This document shows, piece after piece, positions 50,870-64,000 of a stretch of 64,000 nt of DNA. The notes below the pieces were generated by a model, which was not told the origin of the DNA, did no database searches, and worked only from the letters and a program-made list of their open reading frames with translations. Position 1 is the first letter of the stretch. Every line of letters starts with the position of its first letter. This DNA comes from Selaginella moellendorffii (taxonomy: Eukaryota > Plantae > Lycopodiophyta), in NCBI RefSeq assembly GCF_000143415.4, contig NW_003314277.1:2199193-2263192 (forward strand), in the 5' to 3' direction. The position numbers and the translations under genes are program-made.

Positions 50870-53300
50870 TAAAGTATGTAATAACTCTTGTGTAGCTAAA
50901 GTGCAAAGAAGTAAAAGTATGAAATTGTAAGCTTCTAAATTTGGAGTTCTTGAGAGGTCACCTAATTCAATACTACTAAAACCCAAGGACACTTAACCCC
51001 AAGTCAATTGGAAAAGAGCAAAGAAACTAAAGTATGTAATAACTCTTGAGTGTAGCTTAAGTGCAAAGGAGTAAGAGTATGAAATTGTAAGCTCCTAAAT
51101 TTGGACTTCCTAAAAAGTCACCTAACTCAATACTATTAAACCTAAAGATACTTAACCCCAAAACAATTGGAAAAGAGGGTGCACTCTTATTCATAAACCC
51201 TTTTCTTTTATATTTGAATCCCATAGATCATTTTTTAAGTTGTTCTCTTTAGTTATTTCTTTGCAAGTTCACACCCTTATGAATGGAAACTAAAATCTGC
51301 AACTCTCTCGAGAGCCTTGCTCTCTTTGACACCTTACTCTTTGGGTTGAGCCTAGCTAGAGCAAATTGGACATGCCAGATGTCAACAATATGTGGTGCAA
51401 TTCCTCTAGTCAACTAACAAAGTCGGACCCAAAACCCCTTTGATACCAAATGTAAGTTCATGAATTTAGACTTCTTAGGAGGTCACACAGCCTAATACTA
51501 CTCAAACCCAAAGACACTTAACCCCAAGTATCCCAAGACCCTTAACCGATTAAAAAAATGGGTGCACTCTTATTTATCGACCCTTTCCTTTTATATTTGA
51601 ACCCCATAAATTGTCTCTTAAGTCATTCTTTTTGGTTACTTCTAGAGATGACACTAGAATAATCTTAAAGCATCTAGCATCCTAACACCAAGACTAGCAG
51701 AAAAAAAAGCAATTTGGTGTTATTTTAGCATATAAATGGCCTGATGTGAGGATATAGATATTCCACCATCGTATAGAGCTTAGGCTTAAACCTAAGACAG
51801 ATACAGAACAAGGACAAACATGATTAATGGGGAGTTAAACAATGTCTCAGGTTGGTTGGCCATATCCAACTTATCCTGTAAACAACGAAAAACAATGACT
51901 TGAGAGATAATATAAAAGGGTTCAAATATAAAGTGAAAGGGCCTATGAACAAAAGTGCACCCTTGTAAACAACTAAAGGGAACGACTTGAGAGATGATCC
52001 ATAGAGTTCAAATATAAAGGAAAAAAGGCCCATGAATAAAAGTGCACCCTCTTTTCCAATTAGTTAAGGGTCTTGGGATACTTAAGGTTAAGTGTTTTTA
52101 GGTTTAAATAGTACTGAGTTGAGTGACCTCCTGAGAAGTTCAAATTTAATAGCTTATATTTGGTATCAAAGGGGGTCTTAGGTTTGATTCTGCTAGTTAA
52201 TTAGGAGAATCACACCACATGTTGATTGCAATATCTAGCAAGTCCAATTTGCTCTGGCTGGGCTCAACCTGAGGGGTAGGGTGTCAAGAGAGCGAGGCTC
52301 TCGAGAGAGCTGCAACTTTTAACTTTCGTTTATAAGGGCATAAACTTGCAAAGAAGTGTGATGGATTATAAACAACCAAAGAGAATAATTTAAGAAACTA
52401 TCCATGGGTAAATAGAAAATGCCCATAAATAAAAGTGCATTCACTTTTCTAATCGGTTAAAGGTCTTAGGATACTTGGGGTTAATCATCTTTAGGTTTTA
52501 ATAATCCTAGGTTGGGTGACCTCCTAGGAAGTCCAACTCTAGAACTTACATTTAGTCTCAAGTTCAATTGGTAGGCTAGTGTAGTGCATCTTATTTCTCT
52601 CCCCTTAAGCTAATTAGAAAAGGGGCAATTATTTAATGAGAGAGCCTTTAATGGCTATTTTATCCCCATTTATCCCCCAAGGTTCCAAGGATTCATGGTG
52701 ATAGTATATCCAAATCTCATCCCATGATCACATGCGCTACAACTAGGGGAATCATACCAAACATTGAGATTAACATTAAAGAATGACTCAAAAAAATAAT
52801 CCATAAGAGTTCAAGTATAAATAGAAAGAGCTCATTAAAACAAGAGTGCACTCGGATTCAAATATATATGGAAAAAACAAGTGCACCCTTTTCTTTTTAA
52901 AATGATCCATAAGGGTTCAAATATAGATGGAAAGGGTTTATAAACAAGAGTGTTCCTAATTTATGATCGTGGGATATTTTAGATACTTAACTTTCACCCC
53001 AATCCATAAATAACTAATATAAATGGAAAGGGCTTATGAATAAAAATATGTCTTTTTTCCATAGTTAGCTTTCACCCTAGTCCATAAATAATTATTAAGA
53101 TTGAATGACTAAAAAGACAATCTATAAAAGTTCAAATATAAAAAGAAAGAACTCATAAACAAACATACACCCCCTTTTTTAATCTGAGATATTTGAGATA
53201 TTTAAGGTTAAACATCCTTACTATTTAGAACCCTTATCTATATGAAAGCACACTCTAGGCTTTCATCCCCAAGGAAATGAAACCAAAGAATTCTAGAGTC
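50870..53300. mobile_element. Cluster of TRIM-like non-autonomous LTR elements: - copy ~51086-51640, + copy ~51964-52550, plus LTR fragments
   Basis: ~190-bp direct repeats ending ..TTACA/TTATA, followed by PBS TGGTATCAAAG (52161 on +, ~51440-51448 on -); ~200-bp non-coding internal region. Confidence 0.75.
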
Positions 53301-54799
53301 AGATATGTCCAAGAGGGGTGAAAACCCAAAACAATCATTTCCCAAACCTTCCTAGAATTGGTAAGTTTTTATAAAATAGCAAGGGGAGTATTCTAGTAAG
53401 GGGATCTATTTTTTAGATGGAATATTTGATGTCTGGCAAAAAAAAACCATTAAAAAAGGGACCCTCCAGAAGCTTACACAAATGATCATCTGAAGTTAAC
53501 ATAGAACCTGAAGGCCATCATGTTGGTGGTGTGATGAATCTACTAGAAGGCACAAGTATCACAAAGAAAAAACACTATGAAATCACCAACTCGTTTTGCA
53601 ACGCAGGTGCTTCATCACAATGGCACTATTGAAAATAAATCAGAAATCTACACCAAAGCTTACCCCACCTTGTGTTCTTGGTCATATACTTGCTGTATGG
53701 CAGTTTTTCTCAAAGAATCCCTTGACCAATATGACTTGCAAATCTACATCGAGAAAGTCATAGTTCCAGAAATTAAGAGTTTGATTTAAGAAAACCCAAA
53801 TGCTCTCCATGCCTGGTTCTTAGGTTAATCCGTTGTCATTGTGCACTCTAGTAGAGCCATGCCGACTAAGACTGTAAGGATTGTCCTCTTTGGGCAGCCA
53901 GTCATTCATGCTCAAGAAATCTACCATGGTTATTCCCATGGCCCGCCACCTGCTCGTCAGATCACCGTGAAGCTCCACAATGTGCTGGTTATAGCTGATG
54001 CGGTCCAAAGGATATTGCCTGTCTTGCCGTTTTCATATGAAGGGCACAAACACTCTGGCCTGTGCGAGGGGGTGGTCCCTTGCTCTGGTGAGCACCTCCT
54101 CTGTCCTACTCTAGGCGGTAGAGGAAGAGGACTTGAGGTTAGTCCACCTCATGTTGATACAGCAAAGGCACGAGTTTGTTCAAGGCCTCTCTCCACTGCA
54201 ATGAGTTTGTGAGCTACATACACTGTGATACTCTCATGAAAGAACTTACCCCGACCCTGCCTCCCCAAAGCCCTAACGCTCTGAATTGTCAAGCGTGGCC
54301 GTTGAAAGGTCAAACCATGACCCGGAGCTGAGGGATAGCTGACCACTCTCGGCTGGGACTGTCCTGCCCTCGTCTCCTGTTCAAAAAGTTTTTGCTGATG
54401 GTGAAAGGGCTCCAGTGATTCACGCCACTTGCTGACAAAACGGCTCTTTGGAATTTACATGCATCGGCAATGATCCTCTGGTACACCAAGTTTCCGGATT
54501 TTGGGAACACCTGCAAAAAAAATAAGTCCAGAAATCTTGCTTGTAATCACGAGCTCTTCGCAGCTCCTATTTGCAACAGCTTTGTGTAAGGATAAGGGCC
54601 AAAGACACCATCTGAGGGCACAAGGGCGGACAACCGGGTTCCTGAGGTGCACGATTAGAATCCAGGAAATCTAACCCCGGAAACTTCGGCTAGTTTTCTT
54701 GGCAAGTATAGAACTCATCTTGAAACCGCTTATGGTCTTCCTTTTTGCCAATCTTCAGGAGGTTCCCCTCGATTCAGGACAATTAGTTTCTTGTTTAAA

Positions 54800-55610
54800 G
54801 CAGGTCGCCAAGATATAAAAAGCTCTGAACGAAAAAAAGTCCTTATCAAGCAGCGTACGTAGCCTTGCAATTTCTGGATGGTCACATACAGACCGACCTT
54901 CAGCCTTTAGAAGAAGATAGAAAACGATTGATTGACAGGAGCTTAACAGAACCATGTGCTTAACCTCCGCGTAAGACTTCTCAACTTTCCCGATTTCAAT
55001 CATTAGAAACAAATAAACTGTTGCTTTTATAATGGAGCGTTGCTGCAACATGTACCAAAATAAACTTTTCCATTACAACTATAGATACTTACCTCATCAC
55101 TGCTTGTCCTTAGACAAGGAATTAAGGTCTTTTTTAACCTTCTCCAGTCAGAGGCTGTAGGAAAATAAGCATGAGAGAAACGAAAAGAAATGTACCTTCA
55201 CCTCTAAAGTGTCAGCTTCCCCACGTTTTCTTCCATTCCCTGGTGAAAATCCTCCGGGCAAAGACTTTCAGCCAGCTTCTTCTGCATTTACCGGGCTTCC
55301 GCGTCCTCCAATGCAGAACCTTATGCATGCTAGATTGAATCTACAAGTAGGCGATTTTCTAAAACATGGAGAACCAAAGATGTTTACTTCGTCCCTTTAC
55401 CTTTCCTCCACTCGATTTTATCGTTCTCCTCTGACTCTTCATCGTCTTCATCGTTTAGAATGCCCGTTCTTTGCCTCGAGAACTTCGCTTGAGAAGGAAA
55501 AAGCAAAAACCTCAAGCTACTTTGCCTCCTCTTCATACTTCGTCCCCATCTTCTTGGCTTTTCTTCTAGATTCAAGACCGGATGCTCCAACTCTTCCTTG
55601 CCCCTAAACA
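54800..55610 (-). pseudogene. SAS10/Utp3 (THALLO-like) gene fragment
   Basis: YAEVKHMVLLSSCQSIVFYLLLKAEGRSVCDHPEIARL, characteristic of the Sas10/Utp3/C1D domain; acidic N-terminal exons; no C-terminal domain seen. Confidence 0.72.
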
Positions 55611-55657
55611 CCGCACATTTCTCACTTGGATTTATAAACATTAGTGGCTATAATTTC

Positions 55658-56606
55658 TCAATACCATTGTTTGGACTCATGAGAAGCACAGTTGAGGAGC
55701 GAGTGATAGTGCGGGAGGGTCGAGTTTGGGGGCCTCTCCAGCACCAGCAAGCGCAGGAGGCGGCTGTAGAACACCCCGCGACGCAAGTGCCTCGCCTCCT
55801 TGATGCGGAACGGCTTGAAGACAACGTAGGCTGACGTCGCTAGATCAGTTTCATGCGGGAGACACGTTTCGCCTACGGCGTGCCTGTTGCCCCTGAGCTC
55901 TGAGTACGCTTCTGCCACCCTCTTTTGCACCTCTGGGACACCCGCGCTGGCCCTCCGGAGGTTCCAGCCCAGCCTGTCCACGGGCAAGCACGAGAAGTAG
56001 TCGCTCTTCATCAACTTGTAGACAAGATCAAAGATGTTGAGGGCGGGTTCCCTTCCTGAAATATACAGAGCACGGTTAGAGACTCGGGAAGAATGGAAGC
56101 ATACCACTACTGTAAAAAGGTTGCTCGAAAGATGCGGGTGTCCGATAGCTGACAGGCTGGGACTGTCCAGAAAGACTGCCCTCGTCTCCTGTTGCAAAAG
56201 GATTTGGTCAGAAAAGCAAGAAATCGATGCGTATACCAAAGATGAAGCTGGATGGTGGAGGGCGGAGGGGCGGGAGAGGACGGGGTTCAAAGTCAGTGGG
56301 CCAACGATTTACGAAACGACGGGGACACACTCCAACGCTCTTGCTGGCACAAAACCGCTCCCAGAACTGCTCCAGCGCCTCCCACACTTCGTCTTCTTCG
56401 TGTGAATCGTCGAAGTCGTGCCGCAGCAGCTCCCGGGCGAAATCCGCAAGAAGGCGCAGCTCGAAGCGGGCATTTGGCACATCGTTGCAGTGGTAAAGAT
56501 GGTCGTGCTCGCCGGGGCTCAGGTGCCCCAGGTAAAGGATGCCCACGTAAGTCACCAGGGAAAGCTCGGCAACTGGAATCCAATATAGTTGTCCATAGTT
56601 TCGCAC
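55658..56606 (-). CDS. Hypothetical protein (coding-like, probably spliced, family not recognised)
   Basis: Two long GC-rich ORFs (132 and 210 aa) with globular composition. Confidence 0.35.
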
Positions 56607-56840
56607 ATAGCGTTCAAGAGCGCGCGCCTCAAATGCGTCTGCTCTTGCTTCTCCGCCTACGTCACCAAAGGTGGCATCTCTTCAACCTTAAACCATTAGG
56701 GTATTCGTTTTCAGGTTAGAAAAAATAGATGATGATTAAAGGAGTAGAAAGTTGGCACACTTTCTGTACATGCACGTCAGAAAAGATGGCGAACCTACGC
56801 TCATTGTGTTGTAACTTTCCACTCTAGACCGGCACGGTCG

Positions 56841-58507
56841 CTAGTGATCCGCGTCGTACCTCGAAACACAACGTCGTGCCTCCTCCTCGGTCGAAGGTAG
56901 CACTCTCCGTACGACCATGTCCCCGGATTTGGAGCTCGACGTGTCTAACGTGAAAGTAAAATGGAATGTGTTTGACACCTGCGAAAACACAGTCCAGAAA
57001 CCTTGAGCACGCTTCTCTATACTTCTTGTGACTCACCTGTGACGATCGTGACTCGGGTTGCGTTACGATGGCCTTCACCTCGACGTGAATCTTCGGCCGC
57101 GCGGAGTTCTCTTCCTCGGTGTACAGCACGCAGGATCTAAAGCGCAGGAAATCACCCACATCAACCTGTTGTGAAAAAAGGAGAGCTTGGATCAAGCAAG
57201 TTCTTTGCAACGCGTATATATACGAACCGGACGAAGGAAGTCGACGTGATCCACCTCCAGGAACACTGGCCTGTGCCCCCCGAATACGTAGCACGTAGAA
57301 AACGCCAGCTCGAACGCTCTGCGCATGAGAAATCCTCCAAATATCCGGCCGTGTAGATTGCGCTGCTGGGGCTGGCAGATGATCGCATTCTCCAGCTTGG
57401 TGTGCTGGATGAGTATGCTGTTCTTGTCCGCCAGAGCCGGCATGTCGGTCAACACCCGAGCCTCTGCCAGCAACTGCTGCACTCTCTGGTCGTCGGCTTG
57501 GTCGGGCTGCTTCGACCGGGCTTGCTTTCGTTTCAGCTCGAGCTGCTCGGTCGCGGCAAACAGCGCCTTCTCTTCGTCGGTCTCCGGCGAGAGATGGTTC
57601 ACGGGTGCCGACTTTTGAGTCTTGGAGTCGCGGGCAACGAACGTGAAGTTTGCGACGAGCGCGAGCGACTCGTCGGTGACAATATCTGTAAAAGAGAGAG
57701 AGAAAAAAAAGTTGTGGAGTGAAGAAGCGAGAGGACTTGATCTTGAACAAGGAGCTATACCTGTTGCAGGCTGGATGACTTGCATTTGGATCTTCATGGA
57801 CGATCTCCCGACCCATGCAACCGCGCCAGCCAGCTTTAGATCGACATCGACACGCAAAGGCTTCTTCAAGCTCACTTTGTCCACCGATGCTGTGACTAGA
57901 AGCAGTGGCCTCGTCGTGCTATCATCATCGGCACAATGCTGGAGAAGGGAGAAAAAAACCATCAAAGAATGAGCAAGAAGAACAAAGAAAACGAGAGAGA
58001 AAAAATGCTAGCGAGATCTAGATCTCTTACCTTCATGGCAATCGTCCCGGCCAGAGCATCCAGATCCTCCATGAGCTTGCCCATCCGGATGTTGTTCCAG
58101 GGATTCCTATACTGCTCCCGAAGAGCAACGTCGGACACGAAGTTGTAGAGCACGCTAGTGCGGCTCTCGCCGGGAGCCCGCGTGAGAAGATTGACCTGCG
58201 AAGGCCCATCGTTTGACGAATTCACGGCCCTCTCCAGCAGCGTGGAGCGCGCATTCCACAGCGCGGCGGTCACTGGCGAGTGGTACATACCCGGCCACAG
58301 GCTGAGAGGCTTGTGATGCGGCCGCAATTCGTCGCCACCGCCGTTGGCCTGGCTGAGCGATCGCCGCGCCGCCGTGGAGTAGACAGGAATTGGCGGATGA
58401 TCCAGAGCTGCTGCCGCTGGATCCATCGCGGCCCTAAGGAGAGGGAGAGAAGTGGGGGAGATCCGGCGGCGGCGCCAAGCGCATTGGAACCTAACCCTGG
58501 CTGCCAT
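56841..58507 (-). CDS. Acyl-CoA thioesterase 9-like (double HotDog fold), multi-exon
   Basis: LWPGMYHSPVT, REQYRNPW..RMGKLMEDLDALAG, LLVTASVDK, QPQQRNLHGRIFGGFLMRRAFELA, VSNTFHFTF. Confidence 0.94.
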
Positions 58508-60026
58508 GGACGCGGAGCTTCACGCCAATGCCGTGAAGAAGTACTCCTGCCGCCATAGCCTTTTAGGTCACGGGCGGATATTCTCCACAATTCAAAACAG
58601 GCGGCGGTAAAGCAATGTTGACTTTAGGGCTCGCGTGGCAGGAGAATATTCGTTCGAGTCAAAATAGTCAACACTAGTCAAACAGGTTCAATGTACGAGT
58701 GTCGAGATTCCAAAACAAAGCCAGAAATCTTCCGTGCTTTCGGACGAAGAATTTCTCGGCTGTACTTTTTCAACGAACAAAAGAAAACAAGAACACCAAC
58801 TTGCCTGTCCAAGCAAGTCCAAATCGCCACAAGTTCACTGCTCCTCTGAAAGCCAAAGCTCACGAAACTAGAACACAAAGAGCCAAGGAGGAGAACTTAC
58901 AAGCTCACGAGCATTGCGGTGGTGGCGAGGAAGCAAACGACAGATGGAAAGCCGAGAATGCAAGCAGCACTCTCACAGCGACGAGGGACGGGTGCCTCTC
59001 TCCAGTCTCCACTGCTGTTGTCTCCGTGACCACGCCAGCCCCTTCGGTTGTTTCCATCGTCGTTGTTGTTGCTGCCCGTCCACCGATCGTTGCTATACTG
59101 CCGCTGCAAATCCCTCCCGACTGCTGGAAGCGCCTGAATCGCCCACCGCAAGTCACTGGAGTGAACTCCAGACCTCTCTCGGATCACGGCCAGAAGCTCC
59201 TGCGTTTGCTCTCGGGAGAAGTCCTGCGAAAGTGGACGACGAGCCCTGCTGTGCTTGGAGAGAACGAGCTCGATAGCACTCTGCCTTGCCGGATGCTCTG
59301 CTTTGAAAGTACCATGAAACCAGAACGGAAAACCAAAGAAGAAAAAACTACGGAAGAAAGGACCACTTACACAACTGATCCAGAGTCGAAGTTGACATGG
59401 AACTTGAAGGCCATCACGCTGGCGGTGTGACGAATCTACTCGAAATGCTCCATGACGCGCTCCACAATCTTCTGGTTCATGCCAGGCGGAAAGCATCGCA
59501 AACTTCGGCGCGGTACCATCAAAACACCGGTCCGTTTTGCAACGCTCGTCAGGACACCGGGAAGGTGCTTCATCAAAACGGCATTGCTGAAAAACGACAC
59601 TGTAGAATTAGAAATCTACACCAAAGTTTACCCCATCTCACTTTCCCAGTCATATACTTGGCCTAGTTTTCTCGAAGAGTTATTCCTTACAACTTCTTTC
59701 CGTGACTTGCTGCTTTTGATCGGGCCACGATAGAGTCAGCCGAAGAAAAGACCGAGAAATCTAAGAAGACGAAGAAAAAACCAGCGCTGACCTCTGGCCA
59801 AATTGTTTGCAACATCGGCCGCAACAACAAGACTTGCAATCGAAAACTCTCCTTCACCAAGTCGTGAGTTCGACAGAAGTGCAAAACTAGAGTGTGATTT
59901 AAAGGAAACCCAAATGCTTCTCTTCTCTTAAATCCGCTCGAAAGAGAGCTCTCTATCCTCTACTATCACTATAAAATGGATCCTTTATAGGGTTCTTGGT
60001 CAAATCGAATATGCTTCTTTCGCTGT

Positions 60027-60806
60027 CTAATTGTCGGCATTGGCACAGCTCGCGATTTCTGGACGATTTCCGAGGAAATCCACAGGAAAGCTCTTTGGAG
60101 GAGCGATCGACACCTCTCGCAGATTCTCGGTCTCCAGCGCCAGGCGATTGAATCGCGTGTCGGCGACGACGAGCGCCCGGATGGACCTGCTGCGCAGCGT
60201 CACGACTGGGATCTGCGTGGAGAAGCACTCGTCGATCGTCAGCTCCTCCAGCGCCGGGCAGCACGCCACGAATCTCTCCAGATCGTCGCCGTGGAAGATC
60301 ACATTGGCGAAGCGGCATGTCCTGAGCTCCGGGAAGCGGCAGCCCTGGGGGATTCCATCGAAGTATCCAAACTCGAGCGAGAGGGAGGAGAGCCTGGGGC
60401 ATCCCGAGAGAGAAGGGAGGAGATCCGAGAAGGCGCAGCCCTTGTTGCTGAGCTTGAGCTCGCGGACGCTGGCGCTAACGTGCTGGATCCATAGCTGCAC
60501 GGCATTCTCGCACAGACACACGAGCGATGGCTCCGTGGGGGAGAATCGCAGCGATAGCTCGCCGATGCCGCCGCCCTGGACCCTGGAGATGGCCGCCCAG
60601 ACGATCTTCTCGGCGTCGAGCGACCTCACCACGCAATCCTGCTTCCACGACTTGGGGAAATCGAAATGCAGCGCCGGGACGCGCGCCGTCCAGCGCCGCC
60701 AATCCCGCGACACGGCCGAGCAGCGCAGCAGCGCCTTGGCGTCCCTGATCTTGGACAGGATGCTGTCGACGATGAGATCGTCGGGGAGAGATTGGAAATC
60801 AGCCAT
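60027..60806 (-). CDS. F-box/LRR (RNI-like) protein
   Basis: FQSLPDDLIVDSILSKI..LLRCSAVSRDWR; LRR-like CPRLSSLSL, FPELRTC, CPALEELTI. Confidence 0.88.
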   Translation of the reverse strand: MADFQSLPDDLIVDSILSKIRDAKALLRCSAVSRDWRRWTARVPALHFDFPKSWKQDCVVRSLDAEKIVWAAISRVQGGGIGELSLRFSPTEPSLVCLCENAVQLWIQHVSASVRELKLSNKGCAFSDLLPSLSGCPRLSSLSLEFGYFDGIPQGCRFPELRTCRFANVIFHGDDLERFVACCPALEELTIDECFSTQIPVVTLRSRSIRALVVADTRFNRLALETENLREVSIAPPKSFPVDFLGNRPEIASCANADN

Positions 60807-61278
60807 CAAAGGCAGAAGAAAGAGCCTCGCAAGAACAAGAAGTAGAGATCCAAAGAGCCTTGCGAGAACAAGGAACACACACCCTGTCCTTGAGAGACTT
60901 ATAGTACCATTGGGCCCAATCGCGATGAGCCACTGGCCGCTGCCGTACTCGCGACAAAAACCTTGGTGGTATGGTTACACGATCTCGTCGCCCCATTGGC
61001 CACGTACATTATTTCCTGTGTTAGTGTAATAGATTAGGGAACGTAAGGCCTGTCTGAGACCACGTGACAGCTTCTAGAAGCTATTCCCCATGTGCCATTA
61101 CACCCCCCTGCTTGACCTAATCTTAGGGTTAGGGCAAGTCAACACCAAAGCCCTAAACCCGATAGATCCGGATTTAAAAAAGAGGCTGGCCAAGATATCT
61201 ATCGAAAAGCTCTAGCTTGTTTTGAGATAACAGGTCGATGATAATATTTACTAAATAGCATATTAAATAACCGCGTGA

Positions 61279-62405
61279 TCAGGAAGAACAGCAGCTTAGG
61301 CCGGAGTCTTGAGGTTTGGAGCTGTTTCCATTCTCGAGGCCGAGTTTCTTGGTGCCGCTGAGCGTCCCCGCCTTGGAGGAATCGGAGGAGAGGATTTTCT
61401 TGCTCACCATGCCGAAGATCTCCTTGATCACCGTCTCAAACGCGGCGGCCACGTTTGTGGAGTCGAGCGCTGAGGTCTCGATGAAGAAGAGGCCCTCTCT
61501 CTCGGCGAGATCGGTGGCCTCCTCGATGGAAACCTGGCGCAAGCTTTCGAGATCGGACTTGTTGCCGACGAGCATCGTGACCAGGCTAAAGTCAGAGTAC
61601 ACTGCAAGAAAACAAAATAGAATCAAAGACTTGTGGATGTTTGAAGCAATGGTAGAGAAAGTAAACTGAAACACTCAAAGTCAGACATTTTCCCCGTGAT
61701 CACGTCAGAAGCAAAGAAAGAATCTGACAAACTGCGAAATATAGAAAAGGACTCAAACACTCGCAAAAATAAAAATGGAAAAAACACCCTCGAAAAACTC
61801 GCCTCGAGAAGAGCAAACTAAGTTCAACGAAAAGAGAAAGAGAAAGAAAACAGTGGGATCTTCTGCAACTTCCAACGACCGCAAAGAGGACAAAGACACA
61901 AGAGCTAAAGAATATACTCGCTACCTAGAGAACAGTGGACGATCACACAACCAAAGAAATGACAAAGGAAAGAGGAATGGATGTGATGGTGGAGTGCTTG
62001 GAAAAGGATGCAAAGAAAGAGATCTAAAGGATTGATTGAATAGATCTATGAATCGATCCCGAGTAACTTACCTCGGAGTTCTTCCAGCCATCGCTCCACA
62101 TTCTCGAAAGTTTGCTTCTGGCTGATATCATAGACGATCATCGCTCCCACGGCGCCCCTGTAGTACGCCGAGGTCACAGCTCGAAACCTCTCCTGGCCGG
62201 CGGTGTCCCAAATCTGGGCCTTGACCTCCTTGCCTTCGATCACCATGCTCTGCGTCTGGAACTCCACGCCGATGGTGGCGCGCGAGTTGAGATGGAATTC
62301 ATTGCGCGAGTACCTGGAGAGGAGATTCGACTTGCCGACCGCGGAATCGCCGATGAGGACGATCTTGAAGAGGTAGTCGTCGCCATCGCTGCCGCCATGG
62401 CCCAT
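61279..62405 (-). CDS. RABA5: Rab11-family small GTPase, RABA5 subclass, 2 exons
   Basis: [53 protein letters not shown]-terminal CCSS prenylation motif. Confidence 0.95.
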
Positions 62406-64000
62406 GGCGCGGCGCGGAGCTTCGAGCTTGCTCGCTAGTCGCTGCCTAGAGAGAAGGGGAGGAGGGATTCGCCAAATGCGCCAATGCCATGGCAGGAGCT
62501 CCGTGAGGGCTTTGCAAAGGCAATGTATGTAAATTAGAGTGGCCTGGCATCATTGAATACACTAGGAGGGGAACATACTTCCTTGCTCTCTGTGTATTAA
62601 CAGTGTTGTGTCAGATGAGAATATACAAGAATCATCTTCGTTTTGAATTATGTATTATGATAACTATAATGATGTTAGCTTATATCTATAAAATAAATGA
62701 AATCAAAAAACAATTCACTAATATTTTAAACATTATTTCTTTTAGACTTGGATATTCATGGTATATCCCTTTTAACATATAGAGATCTGGATAAGACCCT
62801 TATATCGCGCCTTGAACTTTTGGGTGAGCAACAAGGCCGTCATCCTCCGAGTAAAAAGTGGATTAAAAAAATTAAGCAACTCTAGGCTGAACTTATGCAG
62901 GTGTTGTTCAGTGAGTAAGACTTTTCGTGATTCTGGCAGGATTTGATTTGTTCTGACGCCTGTTTGTGGATTTCTAGACGCTGTGTCGCTGGCAGACGGA
63001 TTGGCGCTTGTCAAGATGGGAAACATGGTAAGGATGTGTGTGACGTTTCGACTGATTGATTGGAACTTTGGGATTTTGTGAGTTCGACAATGCTGGCCGT
63101 AGTAAAGCTAGAGACGATGGAGCCTGCTGCTGATACATCCAATCAAGGTTGCTTGAGTGAGTCTTTCTTGAGTAAAACACTATTCTTCTACACTTTACTG
63201 TGAATTTTCGTGATTTTTCGAGCAGCTGTAGATTATGCTCGAGTCAGTAGAGCGCTTTGTAAGTCTCTCCAAGCCAATTTTTGCTCTCTAGTTTTTGCTG
63301 AGATTTCTAGGAAATCTAAAGATTATCCAGTGTAAGGCTATTCAAAGTTGGATCTATTTACTTAAATCTCGTGTTTTTTTTCCAGGAGACTCAACGTGAA
63401 AAACGGTAAAGTTGCTCTCACCTGGGATCGAGGTCATGCGTTACAATTGAAAGGAAAAACTTTTCTGGTGTGTTTTTGAGAGCTTCACAGCTAGCTAGCA
63501 GTGCGCCACACCGCCATCGCAGCACACCCCTGCCCACACCGCTAAGCACGCCATCGCCACCATGCCACCATGCCACCCCACGCAACGGCCGCTCAGCCTA
63601 GCCCGCCACCACCATCCCTCCACTGCCCAGCCAATGTTAGTTAAATGTATTGTTGTTTTGAAAGGTAATATTGTACTTTTATATAAATATGATAAAATCA
63701 ATGTTCCTAATAAATAATATAATTGACTTATTAATTTACTTTATACTTTCTTCACATCTGGGATCATTTGCCACTTGCTGTTTGAGAACACACTATAAAT
63801 CTTCTCTTTTCACAATTCCCATCATTTGGCAGATTAATTGGATTTGGCTAAAGTGATATCTTTGTTCTTGTTGTTATTCCTAACTTAGCTAACCTAGGTG
63901 CGAATTAGAAGCTACTCTTGAATATTTCAATCTTAATGCTACATACTAGCAAAAGTCCCAGCTACGCTGGGAGCATTGTGTTTATTTCTGATATTTTAAT

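Noticed and set aside
58699-59880. Overlapping ORFs between the thioesterase and F-box genes
   Set aside because: No consistent gene model or domain could be built.
60031-61029. 332-aa antisense ORF over the F-box gene (also antisense ORFs over RBOH exon 1, the PPR and the trihelix exon)
   Set aside because: Expected shadow ORFs of GC-rich coding DNA; no motifs.

Overview
Eukaryotic land-plant nuclear DNA with one 100-N gap at 1613-1712. Very compact GC-rich genes, mostly ~50-100 nt introns, a PLS-PPR gene of short ~31-aa repeats and AT-decayed TEs suggest the lycophyte Selaginella (inference, not searched). Layout: (1) 1-12.7 kb is a nested Ty3/gypsy graveyard (chromovirus INT-chromodomain, several LTR families) enclosing an AT-rich GNA/bulb-type lectin gene. 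(2) 12.8-30.5 kb is a dense gene island: RBOH, rhomboid-like RBL15, PLS-PPR, a trihelix-NMNAT fusion, plastid sHSP, HINT2, thymidine kinase and a K/E-rich conserved unknown gene. (3) 31.5-36.5 kb is a full-length but decayed short-LTR gypsy element. (4) PLAC8 and ELMOD genes are followed by a patchwork of pseudogene fragments (germin, ELMOD, SAMDC, P-loop ATPase) abutting a decayed Helitron, then SAS10/Utp3 pseudogene copies and a TRIM cluster. (5) ACOT9-like thioesterase, F-box and RABA5 genes close the window. Most notable: a 9-exon, 489-aa in-frame fusion of an SH4/ASR3-type trihelix DNA-binding domain to a complete NMN/NaMN adenylyltransferase, and GT-AG intron-like insertions inside conserved motifs of a chromovirus pol.
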